Source of the DNA: a virus
Lineage: Duplodnaviria; Caudoviricetes
Virus record (IMG/VR): IMGVR_UViG_3300030376_004742
Coordinates: 19,900 to 83,899 of that record
Reading direction: 5' to 3' (one strand)
Length of the DNA: 64,000 nucleotides
Of the stretch, positions 1-10,772 are shown piece by piece. A program made the translations under genes and the position numbers. The notes under the pieces were generated by a model, which had not been told where the DNA came from, ran no database searches, and saw nothing but the letters and a program-made list of their open reading frames with translations. Positions within the stretch are counted from its first letter, which is position 1, and each line of letters starts with the position of its first letter.

Positions 1-192
1 CGTTGCGGTTGTTTCACCTGGCTTTGTATAATAAAACATAGCCCTTGTTGCTGCCGAAGCAGTAATGTTTGCAGCTCCCCATCCTCCAGTGTTGGCTGGT
101 GAATGAGCACCTGTAGTATCGTAAACTTTTATAGTTTTACAGTCGTCTTCCCAACATACTCTGAAGTTAGGTGTTAAAGTATCTACTGCCAT
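1..192 (-). CDS. Partial structural/tail protein (N-terminal 64 aa; runs off the left edge)
   Basis: ATG at 192 on the minus strand, open to position 1 (MAVDTLTPNFRVCWEDDCKTIKVYDTTGAHSPANTGGWG...); follows the capsid operon terminator. Confidence 0.65.
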   Translation of the reverse strand, partial: MAVDTLTPNFRVCWEDDCKTIKVYDTTGAHSPANTGGWGAANITASAATRAMFYYTKPGETTAT

Positions 193-204
193 TTTTTATA
201 AGAT

Positions 205-237
205 AAAAAAAGGGAGGAAAGAAAAATCAATCCTCCC
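205..237 (-). terminator. Rho-independent terminator after the 408-aa gene
   Basis: GGGAGGA (212-218)/TCCTCCC (231-237) stem with A6 on plus (U-tract on minus). Confidence 0.7.
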
Positions 238-264
238 CTTTGGGTTAATATATATGTGTTTAGC

Positions 265-1491
265 TTATGATACAGCTAAATCACCAGTTGCAGATCCAAG
301 GCAAAGTACCTCTAATACGTCTGTAATATCGTCAGCAGTACCGGCGATAGCGTAGTTAGGTGCAGTTGCAGGAATAGCTAAAGTAAATTCTTTAGATATT
401 GGTCCGCTTACTATTGATCCTTTATAAGTTTCAACAGTTTTGATATCAATTAGGTCATAAGCTCCAGAAGCTTCTGATCTACGTGTAATCAAGTTAGGCT
501 CTCCCATTCTGTAGAAATCACCTTCATTACCTTGACAGAACCACTCTAATTCTTTAACTTGTTTCTCAGTACCGTTACCAGCAGAAGCTGCAGTAGCAAG
601 AACAGGAACAACAGCTCCAAAGTTCTCAAGAGATACGTCAAAGATATTAGGTGTTAAGTCAGCATGTAATTTACCAGTTACGTGAGATGCAGCAAGACCA
701 GTGATCTTGATACCGTAAGCAGCAGCTTCAGAATTTGTTTTAGAAACAGCTTCAGCAGCACCTATACCGTATTGTGCAGTAGCTTCGTTAACTTTTGTGT
801 CTAATGTAATGTTGTTACCAGAAATAGCAACTACTTTGTAAACTGGAGATGAAGTTGCAGTTCCTAATCTAAGAACACCACCTACTTCAAAATCACCAGG
901 TACAGAAGCAACAGCTACTTTAGATCCTTTTACTACGTCAGTTGTACCAGTAGTTGATGTACCAGCATTGTTCATAAGTAAAGAAAAGATCGCAAATGGC
1001 TCTGCATCTTTAGATACATTAGCAGTAGCGTCTTTTACAAGACCTGCTGCAACTTCAAATGCCGTAGCACTTGTGTCAGATTTATAGAAAGCATGTTTGA
1101 TGTAAAGTCCACCGTGGTTAGAAACATAACCTTGTCTTAAAGACATACGTAAGTGGTACTCATTATCATTGATTGCTTCTATAGCTCCGTTAGTTCCATC
1201 ATAACCAATTGTAGTTACTTGTTCAGCAGCTGCTGCAGAAACTACACGTTTAGCTGAAGTAACATCAGCTTTAGTGATTATTGGAGATACTAAAGGAACA
1301 CCTCCGTTAGCAGTTTTCTTAACGATAATGAATTTCTCAGCTGTAGCTGCAGAAGATTCAGTTATACGTGTTCCTGCTGGAGTAAAGATACCGATCTCAC
1401 CGTCATTCATTGCGTCAATAGCTCCAGTTGTTTTAGTAGCTGCTCCACCGATAAATAACAATTGTAGATCTTTTTGTGAAAATGTACTCAT
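265..1491 (-). CDS. Virion structural protein, probably an auxiliary/decoration capsid protein (408 aa)
   Basis: Ala/Gly/Thr-rich, beta-rich sequence; lies downstream of the MCP and ring genes as in crAss-like phages. Confidence 0.55.
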   Translation of the reverse strand: MSTFSQKDLQLLFIGGAATKTTGAIDAMNDGEIGIFTPAGTRITESSAATAEKFIIVKKTANGGVPLVSPIITKADVTSAKRVVSAAAAEQVTTIGYDGTNGAIEAINDNEYHLRMSLRQGYVSNHGGLYIKHAFYKSDTSATAFEVAAGLVKDATANVSKDAEPFAIFSLLMNNAGTSTTGTTDVVKGSKVAVASVPGDFEVGGVLRLGTATSSPVYKVVAISGNNITLDTKVNEATAQYGIGAAEAVSKTNSEAAAYGIKITGLAASHVTGKLHADLTPNIFDVSLENFGAVVPVLATAASAGNGTEKQVKELEWFCQGNEGDFYRMGEPNLITRRSEASGAYDLIDIKTVETYKGSIVSGPISKEFTLAIPATAPNYAIAGTADDITDVLEVLCLGSATGDLAVS

Positions 1492-1525
1492 TGTTTTGTT
1501 TTTTTGTTTGTTAAACGTTAATTAA

Positions 1526-2236
1526 TTAATTGCCCGTTTGTTGCTCTATTGTTTTAATCTGATACTTTTCAGGATCAGTGATCCCGGTTGCTATCTTAAC
1601 TGCTTCGTCAATTATTTGCTTGTGCATAATAGAATTTAACTCACAGTTTAACGGACCTGCCGCGCCATCAACAGTTCCAGACCCAATAACAATTGGGGTC
1701 AAAGTCTTCAAGTATCGTAAATGATACTCTGCTACAGAGAAAGTTGGATCAGTTACAAGCTCGTGCTTATCACCTGAAAAATCTAATCTCCACACATAAC
1801 TAGTTATGCTAGGCTTTTTAAATGGATTTTTACGGTTAATAGATAACTCATCATGTGTTATCGGTTTCACCATAAGCCTTTTACCATCTTTACATGAATC
1901 AGTGGAAGATGTTGTAATTTCCTCTGAAATAGCTAACATAAAGTCAGCCGGTAAATCGTAGAAGGTACCGTTTTCTGTGGCACCTGTTTGAGTAGCAGAG
2001 GCAGTATTTATTGTTACTGCCCGTACTAACTCATTTAATTCTTTGCGGCGTATCTCAGTTTCTTCAAAACTTTCCCTATATTTATTTCCTAGGGACCTTA
2101 TATGTCTGAGTACTACTCGCTCTTGTGCTTTTGTCAGAAAAACACTGATCTCTAAAGATGTGTATCCTGGAGCATCAAAGTTTGTAACTTTATCATAGAG
2201 TATTAAAAACTCTTGTTCCATTTCAGTGTTTGTCAT
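1526..2236 (-). CDS. Tail ring/head-tail connector protein (236 aa)
   Basis: N-terminal M..EF..LYD....DAPGY...EISVFLTKAQ pattern typical of crAss-like ring proteins; position after MCP. Confidence 0.6.
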   Translation of the reverse strand: MTNTEMEQEFLILYDKVTNFDAPGYTSLEISVFLTKAQERVVLRHIRSLGNKYRESFEETEIRRKELNELVRAVTINTASATQTGATENGTFYDLPADFMLAISEEITTSSTDSCKDGKRLMVKPITHDELSINRKNPFKKPSITSYVWRLDFSGDKHELVTDPTFSVAEYHLRYLKTLTPIVIGSGTVDGAAGPLNCELNSIMHKQIIDEAVKIATGITDPEKYQIKTIEQQTGN

Positions 2237-2242
2237 GATCTA

Positions 2243-3100
2243 TTAATCTTTAGCGTTTTTTATTCTAGCTTTAATAGTAGTTAAAACGTCTTGGTTTGCT
2301 TTATTAGTTAAATAAAGTATTGCGTTATCTAACGTAGGAATATCTCCTTCACCACATAATGCATCACCTCCTGGTAAGTAATACTTTCTTTTATCTTTCA
2401 TTATTGCACCAGCTTCAACACCTTTAGCAATAATTAATTTAAGTTCGTAATTACCTTTATCTTTTGCTGTTGTTAAGAAACCTTCTAAATCATCAGAAAT
2501 GATTTTTTCAATTTCACCAACTAAAAATTCAATTTTAGATACAGAAGAAACTTTCTTTCCGTATACTTTTAAGAAGTCTAACATTGCTTGTTTATCATCT
2601 TCAATCTTACCTAAGAATTTATAAGCTTCAATACGTTGGTTAGCTTTAGATGCAGTAGCTTTAATCTCTGCGTTCTCTGCTACAATAACATATTTATAAG
2701 TTGCTTTCTTAGTAGATGCTGCTAATGATGGTGCAACATATTGTTTATTAGCTCTTAATATTATGTACTCTAAGTACTGTTTTGGGTTAGATAAATCTAT
2801 TCTTTTATCTGATTTACCCAATGATACACTAGCTGTATGAAAGTAGTTCTTTTCATTTCTGTGGTAGTTAAGATCTAAATCTAGTTCTTTTTCTAACCAT
2901 AGTTTTTCTGCTGTACTTTCAAAAGGGTTGTGTAAATTCCCTTGTCTGTCTACAGGTACTAGATAATCTCTAGTAGATGTACCGAATAAATTATAAGCTT
3001 CATGTGCTGGGTCAGTAATCAAAGAATTAACTCCCTTAGCTATTAATTTAATACGAACTTTCCCTGATGGTGTTACCCATTTTTTTGCCTCGTTACTCAT
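2243..3100 (-). CDS. Conserved crAss-like capsid-module protein, function unknown (285 aa)
   Basis: Long ORF directly downstream of MCP, with its own TAnnTTTG promoter. Confidence 0.55.
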   Translation of the reverse strand: MSNEAKKWVTPSGKVRIKLIAKGVNSLITDPAHEAYNLFGTSTRDYLVPVDRQGNLHNPFESTAEKLWLEKELDLDLNYHRNEKNYFHTASVSLGKSDKRIDLSNPKQYLEYIILRANKQYVAPSLAASTKKATYKYVIVAENAEIKATASKANQRIEAYKFLGKIEDDKQAMLDFLKVYGKKVSSVSKIEFLVGEIEKIISDDLEGFLTTAKDKGNYELKLIIAKGVEAGAIMKDKRKYYLPGGDALCGEGDIPTLDNAILYLTNKANQDVLTTIKARIKNAKD

Positions 3101-3131
3101 TCTCTATATTTAATTTAATTGTTTACTTTTA

Positions 3132-3139
3132 CAAATATA
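3132..3139 (-). promoter_or_regulatory. Bacteroidota-type -7 promoter element (TATATTTG)
   Basis: Plus-strand CAAATATA 32 nt upstream of the start codon at 3100; the -33 position is TTAG rather than TTTG. Confidence 0.55.
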
Positions 3140-3141
3140 CG

Positions 3142-3174
3142 AAAAAAAGAGCCACCAACCTAATGATGGCCCTT
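3142..3174 (-). terminator. Rho-independent terminator after the major capsid gene
   Basis: Minus strand AAGGGCCATCA-TTAGGT-TGGTGGCTCTT then U-tract (11 bp with G-U pairs). Confidence 0.8.
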
Positions 3175-3217
3175 ATTTTTTTCATATTATTTAAAATAAT
3201 AATAAATATTATTCTAA

Positions 3218-4696
3218 TTATACTGCTTGCATGTTATGGATAAAGCTTGCAGTTCTAGATGGATCACGAACTATCGCTGCTCCACAGTAGTACTTATGCT
3301 CTTCCCACGCATCCTCAGCTGTTCCTATTGCAGAAACTGCACCATCAGGAGAGAAAGGATTTCTTAAACCTGCGATGTATTTGTGGATGATTGGTTGTCC
3401 TTTAACACCAACTTTTTGGATGTTTGGAGCACCTTCAGATGTACCGATATCAAGGATATCATATCTGTAAGATTCTACAACACCTCCATTTGGATGTAAC
3501 ATTTTGTTACGGTTTCTGTCATCGTACATAGAGTCAACAGATAAATTCACTTGCGTGTTATTTGGTCCTCTAAATTCTACGAATTGTCCTCCGTAACCTA
3601 ATTCCATTTTAGAAATACCAGACTTAGTAGTATACATTCTGTCTGTATTTAAAAGTGGAGTGAATAATTGAGAAAATTTCTCTAATGATTTGTGGAATTC
3701 ATAAGCACCACGCTCACCAGTTCTCAATACAAAACCTCTTTGGTCTGTTTTTAGTTTTCCTTCTGAAAGATCTAATAATCTAGAAGCTAATGATTCTATA
3801 GAGAATACATTGTAGAAACTAGAGTTAGCTGCTTCCATTTGTTGACGGATACCAGCACCTTCAGTAATCTTGTAACCAGACTTACCAGAAATTGAGTAAT
3901 TTCCTTCAGCAGTCTTGTTAGATGTACCAAACATGTGTAGTTTGTTGATATCTTCACGGAATGCATTGTCAAACATGAAAGACTCATAGTGTTGCCAGAA
4001 TTTAACAATTTTCCCATCTTCACCTTTGAAGAAAGATCCCATTTTACGGTTACTTAAGTTACCAGGAGTTTTCTTTTGGATACGGATTTGAGAGAAAGAG
4101 TTTCTCATTGAGATATGAGATTTAAATTTGATCTCACGTCCTTTTCTAGACATTGTTCTTTCTACTGGAGAAAATTCACCTGAGAACTTCTTACCAGCTA
4201 CAGCTTCTTCATAAGGAAGAGACATAGTTGGATCACCAGAATCCATTCTACAAGTATAAACCCAGTTCATACCTTCACGTACAGGCTCTTCAATGATTAA
4301 TACAGGATAAACTTCATTAAGTTCACCTACTATTCTTTCTGTATCAGAGAACCAGTTTTTAGGGAATACTAATTCAAAAGTAGTTCCGTTTTTCCCTGGC
4401 TCGTCAGCTGCAGTAATAGGAGTTCCGTCTATACGACATTCTACTAATTCACAGTTATCTAAACCTTGAGATTGTAACTCCCATGTAAAGTCATCATCAG
4501 TATCAAACTCTAACGTTGGGAAAGAAGCAAGAACACTGTCAATGTTATTACCGAAGTAATTTTGTTGTACTGTCATTATCATGTCAGATACTTTCTGTGG
4601 AGCTGCTGACCAAATTGCACCTAAGTGATTTTCAGTAGTCAAACCTTTCCATGACGTCGCATCTGTCATTTGTAATGGAGATAATTTTGTTGCCAT
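3218..4696 (-). CDS. Major capsid protein, crAss-like HK97 fold (492 aa)
   Basis: N-terminal WKGLTTENHLGAIW and C-terminal IVRDPSRTA patterns of crAss-like MCPs; size; position after portal and scaffold. Confidence 0.9.
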   Translation of the reverse strand: MATKLSPLQMTDATSWKGLTTENHLGAIWSAAPQKVSDMIMTVQQNYFGNNIDSVLASFPTLEFDTDDDFTWELQSQGLDNCELVECRIDGTPITAADEPGKNGTTFELVFPKNWFSDTERIVGELNEVYPVLIIEEPVREGMNWVYTCRMDSGDPTMSLPYEEAVAGKKFSGEFSPVERTMSRKGREIKFKSHISMRNSFSQIRIQKKTPGNLSNRKMGSFFKGEDGKIVKFWQHYESFMFDNAFREDINKLHMFGTSNKTAEGNYSISGKSGYKITEGAGIRQQMEAANSSFYNVFSIESLASRLLDLSEGKLKTDQRGFVLRTGERGAYEFHKSLEKFSQLFTPLLNTDRMYTTKSGISKMELGYGGQFVEFRGPNNTQVNLSVDSMYDDRNRNKMLHPNGGVVESYRYDILDIGTSEGAPNIQKVGVKGQPIIHKYIAGLRNPFSPDGAVSAIGTAEDAWEEHKYYCGAAIVRDPSRTASFIHNMQAV

Positions 4697-4719
4697 TATT
4701 TGTTTTTTTTAAATTAAGA

Positions 4720-5886
4720 TTATAGCTTTAGGTTGTCTAAAGCGTTTTTCATGTCAAGTTGCGATGTACTAACTACGCCGCCATCTTTCATGCTACCACC
4801 AGTTATAATTCCTTGTTGAGCTAATTGCTTTTCAAGTTTTTTTGCTGCACTTGTTTTCGCAGTTTTAGTAAACTTTGAAAAGTCAGTGAAGCCTTTGGTA
4901 ACAACATCAAGTGCGTGTAATCTCATCTTATACTCAAGGTCATTAGCGTATTTCTCCATAACTGAGTTTAGAGCAGTATCTTCAGTGACTTTAGTTGGCG
5001 TAGTCATAGAAGCAAATATCTTCTCTCTCTGTTTTGAGTTTACTTTAAGACCCGGTATAACCTCAGAAGTCTCAAGCACGGTTGATTTTAAATTAGCTAA
5101 CGCTTCTTGCGCTGCTTTTTCATTATCAATGATTGCTTGCTTTCTGGTAGTTATTTCTTTCTCAATTTTACTGTTTTCGTAGGCAACTAGGGCGTTTCTT
5201 GCGTCCACAGCATCCTCTTGAAAGGAATCTCCTTTTGTAGCTAATGAAGCATACTTTTCTGCTTTAGCAGCATCAAAGCCTTTTATCAAAAAGCTACGCT
5301 TAATTAATTCTTTACCTAACTCAGGTCTAGAAATAATGTGTTGGTCAGTAATTTTTTCATACTGGTCTGCATTACTTTTAGTTGTTGCATAAGTTTCATG
5401 CGGTACACCTAGTTCTAATGCTTCTAAATATTCTTTTTGAGTTTCTGATAAATTAGAGAACTCATTAGCCTTAAGCTGTTTTTCAAACATAACTAATAAA
5501 GAGTCAGCATCTGTAATAGATTCTAAGTCTTCATCAGTTATATCTATAAAGGATCCAGCCTCTTTCAGGGCTGAGGCTAGGGAAGTAAACGTATTCTGAG
5601 AAGAGGAAGTAGCCACTGTTTTATCAGCTGAATCCTTTTTAGAAATATTTTCTGTTCCTTCTTCTTCCGTTGTACTTTCCGGAGTATTATCAATTGCACC
5701 AGCTTCTGCTAAAAGGTCTAAATCAATACCGTCTGCATCTGCAGTAGGTAATTTAGCGTCTTCGCTATCTGGTGTTTCTTCTTTTTCGTTTGTGCCTGCT
5801 TTCTCATCTATCTCACCTGCAACTCCTTCTATAATTGCAGATTCTGAATTAGCTAGGTCTTCCAAGTCTATGCCATCAAATTCCAT
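4720..5886 (-). CDS. Putative scaffolding protein (388 aa)
   Basis: Very acidic N-terminus and helical coiled-coil body; located between portal and MCP. Confidence 0.6.
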   Translation of the reverse strand: MEFDGIDLEDLANSESAIIEGVAGEIDEKAGTNEKEETPDSEDAKLPTADADGIDLDLLAEAGAIDNTPESTTEEEGTENISKKDSADKTVATSSSQNTFTSLASALKEAGSFIDITDEDLESITDADSLLVMFEKQLKANEFSNLSETQKEYLEALELGVPHETYATTKSNADQYEKITDQHIISRPELGKELIKRSFLIKGFDAAKAEKYASLATKGDSFQEDAVDARNALVAYENSKIEKEITTRKQAIIDNEKAAQEALANLKSTVLETSEVIPGLKVNSKQREKIFASMTTPTKVTEDTALNSVMEKYANDLEYKMRLHALDVVTKGFTDFSKFTKTAKTSAAKKLEKQLAQQGIITGGSMKDGGVVSTSQLDMKNALDNLKL

Positions 5887-5920
5887 CTTCTATTTAAATT
5901 TTGGTGTTTACTATATATTA

Positions 5921-5928
5921 CAAAGATA
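5921..5928 (-). promoter_or_regulatory. Bacteroidota-type -7 promoter element (TATCTTTG) for scaffold/MCP
   Basis: Plus-strand CAAAGATA 35 nt upstream of the start at 5886. Confidence 0.6.
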
Positions 5929-5982
5929 ATATATTTATTTTGATTATTCCTAATAAATTACGTAATGTAATCTTTTTTATTA

Positions 5983-6012
5983 CAAAAGTGATAGCTAAAA
6001 TTAACTATCACT
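5983..6012 (-). terminator. Terminator-like hairpin after portal
   Basis: AGTGATAG (5987-5994)/CTATCACT (6005-6012) with a short U-run on the minus strand. Confidence 0.55.
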
Positions 6013-6025
6013 CCTGTATTTGTTT

Positions 6026-8434
6026 CTATTTCTTACTCTTAGCTTTAGCTTTAATTTTCTCATTTGCCTTATTTGACCGTTTTTTCTCAGCCAATTCTTT
6101 TTCTTTAAGGTTATGAGCTAACTTAATTTTATCTGCTTCTAACTTTAACTTTTCTAGTTCATTCTTAGATCCTTGATCAAAGTAACCTTCTTTATAGTAA
6201 CGTCCATCTTTATTATCTTGACGCATACGTTCTATATCTTTTTTAGTATCGTTATTAGCTTCATTAGTAGCATCTTTTCTATCCCATTCTTCACGTTGGA
6301 ATTCTCTAGCTGCTTCTGCTTGCTTAGCCATTGCTATATTTTGTTCACGTTGCATTTCTTGTTGACGTTCTTGATTCTTTTGTTCTCTTTCCATTTTCTC
6401 ACGTTCTGCTCTTTCAAGTTTTCTACGTATAGAAGCAGTAGAAGATGTAGAATAAATGTCTAACAATTGAGAGAAGTTTACTGCACCAGTCTGAATACCA
6501 GCGTGTGCAAGACTTTTCATTGTTTGTAAAATCTCATGAGAGTTTCTACCGTTAGTTATTTGCAACCCAAACTCTGATTCTCTAAATTGTTCAACATCAA
6601 TATCAAACATTATAGTAGAACCATCATCTAGTACATGTTGTACTTTTTTATTTGTTTTATCTCTCCACGCATGTTTAGCAGTTTCAAGTAATATATTTAA
6701 TGCACGTAATTTTGTTTCTTCATGCTCTAAGAACCAATATTCAGTAATATGAGAAGACTGTGTCATTTCTCTTTCTGTATTACCTACAGATTGTCTACTG
6801 TGTATTTGTCCTTGTCTAGCTGATGATACACCTGCAATTTCTCCAAGTTCTTGTTTAATGAAGTTCATCATATTCATATAAAGCTGAATAGTGTTACCCA
6901 TCTCTAAGTCAATTACTGGAGCACTAGCATTCATTGTTCCAGCCATTTTACCTTGAGATGCACCTTTATTTCCTTCTTTAAATGAATCATAAAATGCTAC
7001 GTTCATTCCTTGTGCAAAGCTCATCCATTTATCAACTTTCCAGTTTTCAGGAATACTTGCCATATCAATACGCATAATCTTACCATAATTCTTTGCAATA
7101 GATAACTCAGTATTATAAGCTAATACATTGTATAAATATTGATATGGTTTCATACGGTCCATAAGAGAAACTCCTCGGTTGTCATTAGTATTATAGATTG
7201 TACCTACAATACCAGGGTGACATTTACTAGGATTTTCCATTGATCTAAACTGAATTGGTTTTGGTCTCATACGTACGTATATAGCTTGGTCATCACCTTC
7301 CCCGATGTTTCCACCTAGTTTAGTTCCTTCCCACCATTCGTTTATCCAAAGGATAGTTTCTTCTTCACCTGCGTCTTTATTAATTTTATATGACTCATCA
7401 AATATATCATATTGTTCGTCACCGTTTTCATCATAATATTTTACTTTCTTAACTTTACGTAAAGATTTCCAAAATACTTGAGTTACTCTAATATTACCAC
7501 TATCATCAAATTGTGATCCATATCCTACATCGTTAGCCAATGTACTCATTAGAACACCATCGTTATTTGCTATAGGTAAATCTGGTTTATTACCAATATG
7601 TAATCCTTTGTTTTCTGTCTCATTAGTAGTAAAGCCGCTTTCAATTCTTGCAACTTCTGTTGGTGTTAAATACTCATGAAACTCATCAATAATTTGTCCC
7701 GGTGAGTTATAACCTACTAATGCAATAATATCTGAATCTTCTATTCTGTTAGATTCTCCAGACCTTACTGTATGAACATTTTTAGGATTTCTTCTTCTTA
7801 TAATAGGTTCACCTGCAATAATATCTGCTTGGTAAACTTCTTCTGCACCAATCAAAGCATCTTTAAATCCTTGAGAAAACATATGATCTAATCTCAAGTC
7901 TTTGTCTAAATACTCTAATATCTGTGTTGCTGTACGTTCTCTTAAATCTTGATACTCGTAATCACTCCACTGTTGGAATTTTCCTAATTCCTCTTTCATC
8001 TTTTCTTCACTGATTGACTTATTAGAGATATGAGCAGTCATAAGTGCTGTAAACTTTTCTAATAATTCTTCCTCTTTTGCAGAGATAGCATCATCATTAA
8101 GTACTCTTACTTTCCAGTCAAATTTTCTACTAATAGCTTCACCTACTAAAAGATCAATTTTTGGATTACATATAGGATAATTTTGCATCTTTGCTGGTGC
8201 TACCATTCCTGGTGTCATCATAGGATTACATATTTTTTCTACATCATCTTGATCTAGGATATCAGAATAAAGATCGTAATTGATTCTTTTATTTCTGTAA
8301 GAAGATCGGACACCGTCATCTGCAAATAGAGCTAATTGCTCAGCTCCATTTACACATTTCTTTCTCCAATCTTTATTCTTTTGAGCTTTACTCTTCTTTT
8401 GTGAAGGAAACTCTGCGTCTGTATATATACTCAT
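6026..8434 (-). CDS. Portal protein (802 aa)
   Basis: Directly downstream of TerL; NYPICNPKIDLL.GE and SL.DRMKPYQYLYN motifs; C-terminal coiled coil typical of crAss-like portals. Confidence 0.9.
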   Translation of the reverse strand: MSIYTDAEFPSQKKSKAQKNKDWRKKCVNGAEQLALFADDGVRSSYRNKRINYDLYSDILDQDDVEKICNPMMTPGMVAPAKMQNYPICNPKIDLLVGEAISRKFDWKVRVLNDDAISAKEEELLEKFTALMTAHISNKSISEEKMKEELGKFQQWSDYEYQDLRERTATQILEYLDKDLRLDHMFSQGFKDALIGAEEVYQADIIAGEPIIRRRNPKNVHTVRSGESNRIEDSDIIALVGYNSPGQIIDEFHEYLTPTEVARIESGFTTNETENKGLHIGNKPDLPIANNDGVLMSTLANDVGYGSQFDDSGNIRVTQVFWKSLRKVKKVKYYDENGDEQYDIFDESYKINKDAGEEETILWINEWWEGTKLGGNIGEGDDQAIYVRMRPKPIQFRSMENPSKCHPGIVGTIYNTNDNRGVSLMDRMKPYQYLYNVLAYNTELSIAKNYGKIMRIDMASIPENWKVDKWMSFAQGMNVAFYDSFKEGNKGASQGKMAGTMNASAPVIDLEMGNTIQLYMNMMNFIKQELGEIAGVSSARQGQIHSRQSVGNTEREMTQSSHITEYWFLEHEETKLRALNILLETAKHAWRDKTNKKVQHVLDDGSTIMFDIDVEQFRESEFGLQITNGRNSHEILQTMKSLAHAGIQTGAVNFSQLLDIYSTSSTASIRRKLERAEREKMEREQKNQERQQEMQREQNIAMAKQAEAAREFQREEWDRKDATNEANNDTKKDIERMRQDNKDGRYYKEGYFDQGSKNELEKLKLEADKIKLAHNLKEKELAEKKRSNKANEKIKAKAKSKK

Positions 8435-8451
8435 TTTTTTAGATTGTCTTA

Positions 8452-8483
8452 CAAAGATACATAATTAATTTTTAGAATCCAAA
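8452..8483 (-). promoter_or_regulatory. Bacteroidota sigma promoter TTTG-N20-TATCTTTG for portal
   Basis: Plus CAAAGATA (8452-8459) and CAAA (8480-8483), spacer 20 nt. Confidence 0.75.
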
Positions 8484-10772
8484 GCCTTTTTGAATTCTTT
8501 GTTCATAATTTCTGGAAAAGAAGTCATCGTCTAATAATGTTGCTATTTTTTGACGTTGTTTTCTTTCCACAAACTTTACTCTTTCTTCTTTTAATATCAT
8601 AACCATAATCATCGCAGAAACTCTATCAAAGTTTCCTTCTGTATTAAAGTTCATTAACTCACGGATTAAACCTTCATTTCTGATTTTATGTAAATTTAAT
8701 ATTTCACTATCTTCTGCTTCTCCATATGCTGGAGTTAATAACCAGTCTAATATTAATCTTAATCCATAAGCATTAATTGGTTTAGATGCATATGTACCTT
8801 TTCTCTTATTACCTACTTTAGATATTGTTATATCTGCAACATCTCTAAGAGACTCAGGAGTATCACATAATAAATGTGTACTATTTTTCTGATCGTAATA
8901 TGTGTATAAACCTTTTTTATTCTGCTCGTAGTTATGTATAGCTCCGTAAAAGATATTTAGTTTTCTACATATTTCATAAAAATCTTTTGTACCTCTACGG
9001 CCTGTATACTCTGCTACAATTCTTTCTGTCCATGTATCCATTATAAATGTAGATCCTAATGATGTTGTTTTAGATTCATCATCATCATAGGTATCGGTAC
9101 CTTGTATATAACGGTTAGTAATTACTTTACCATTATTATCTTTTTTAGGCATTTCTATAATTTCAATAATACCTGGACGTTCTTTGTTATTATCTATTGG
9201 GTATTGTCTTTCTAGTTTTTGTGCTGAGGTTTGTGTCCACTTTAACTGACCTTTATCATCCCATACTAATTCTCCATGATAATGAGCATTCTCATATTCA
9301 TGAGGTTTAGATGTTATCTCTGCTAATCTTGCTTTTAGTTCCGGTTGTGGAAACATAGCTCCTTTTGCATTCAAAAACATTTCTGATGGTACAATAGGGT
9401 AGTTCATCATTTCTAGAGATAAAGCTGATGAATCTTTAGATCTACGTTTTTCTGCACGTCTAGCCTCAATAAATTCCATTGCTGCTGCGACATCTGTATT
9501 ACCGTTCTTATCTTTAAAATCATTCATACCATAATATGCAGGTACAAACCAACCTATCTCTCCAGATTGTTCCCATAAATCAGGAAAGGCTAATGCCTCA
9601 AATCCTTTTGGGTTTCTGAACATAATCTCACCTTCTTGTATTTTCTCAACGTTACCACCTGTACCAATCCAAATACCTGTACCAAATTTCCATGGATAAT
9701 CCATCATGGTGGCTGTATTAGAACCGTGGACTGTAAGTGAGTTACCTAAAAGACCCCACTCCTCTACTACTGCTAGGGCATAACGACCACCAGCTGCAGC
9801 TTCAGGATTCTCTGAAGTATAAACTCCATGTTTAATATTAGAACCAGAACCATACATTTTCCAAGAACCTCCTAATTTCTTTTCATAAGAATTAGCCCAC
9901 GGTTTCTTCATGTTGTTTGGTTGTAATCCCCCACTCATTGTTTTTGCTAAAGGTGAAGGTGTATATGCTTCTCCTTCTTCCCAAGAACCCGGTAATGTTT
10001 CCATGCCTTGTCTTGTTTTAGCTAACAAATCTGAAGACTTTGCAGAGATTGCTGCTCCTACAAAGATTTCTACCTTTGATGGATTCTTTCTTGATTCTTC
10101 TGTATATGCTTTTGCACCATCAGTAATTAGCTCATGTAGAATTGCTCCTACACCTACACTAAATGATTTACCAATACCACGACAAGCAAACCAAAAGAAA
10201 TCTTGTGCCATATTCTCATACAAAGGCATTCCTAATGGTTTATTATGTAATTCTCGTAGATATTCTCTAGGATTAATATATTCTTTAAGCTCTCCTTTAG
10301 AATTAAAACAGCTCTTATCATATTGTCCTGTAAAGTTTTTATCTATAAGTTCTCTATTACAAGTATAAACTTCATCATCCTCAAACCCAGAAAATCCCCT
10401 AGCTTCTAGGAGATTATAAAATAACTCCCAATCAATATCCCTTAATAGTGGGCGTATCTTTTTCTTAGGAGATGATTTAGGTGCACCTTCTGGACGGTGT
10501 AATATAATACCAAAGTTAACATAAAAATAAAGGTTACCAGGCATAAATCTCCAGTTACCTTTAAGTTTACGTTCTTCTTTAGATAAATCTTCATCTACGT
10601 TAATAGTTACATCAGCATTATCTTGAGACCAATAACCTTCAACTATACGTTTCTTATGTCTTTTCCAATACTTTACATAACCTAATGATTGGGGATGTAA
10701 AGCTGGAACTTCACTAATAAGAAAATTATTTCTATTTCTTATTTTTATGAAATGGTCTACTACTATACTCAT
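8472..10772 (-). CDS. terL: Terminase large subunit (766 aa)
   Basis: Walker A-like RGIGKS, Walker B-like AVVEEWG, nuclease domain with GTDTYDDD and FDRVSA; upstream of portal. Confidence 0.92.
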   Translation of the reverse strand: MSIVVDHFIKIRNRNNFLISEVPALHPQSLGYVKYWKRHKKRIVEGYWSQDNADVTINVDEDLSKEERKLKGNWRFMPGNLYFYVNFGIILHRPEGAPKSSPKKKIRPLLRDIDWELFYNLLEARGFSGFEDDEVYTCNRELIDKNFTGQYDKSCFNSKGELKEYINPREYLRELHNKPLGMPLYENMAQDFFWFACRGIGKSFSVGVGAILHELITDGAKAYTEESRKNPSKVEIFVGAAISAKSSDLLAKTRQGMETLPGSWEEGEAYTPSPLAKTMSGGLQPNNMKKPWANSYEKKLGGSWKMYGSGSNIKHGVYTSENPEAAAGGRYALAVVEEWGLLGNSLTVHGSNTATMMDYPWKFGTGIWIGTGGNVEKIQEGEIMFRNPKGFEALAFPDLWEQSGEIGWFVPAYYGMNDFKDKNGNTDVAAAMEFIEARRAEKRRSKDSSALSLEMMNYPIVPSEMFLNAKGAMFPQPELKARLAEITSKPHEYENAHYHGELVWDDKGQLKWTQTSAQKLERQYPIDNNKERPGIIEIIEMPKKDNNGKVITNRYIQGTDTYDDDESKTTSLGSTFIMDTWTERIVAEYTGRRGTKDFYEICRKLNIFYGAIHNYEQNKKGLYTYYDQKNSTHLLCDTPESLRDVADITISKVGNKRKGTYASKPINAYGLRLILDWLLTPAYGEAEDSEILNLHKIRNEGLIRELMNFNTEGNFDRVSAMIMVMILKEERVKFVERKQRQKIATLLDDDFFSRNYEQRIQKGFGF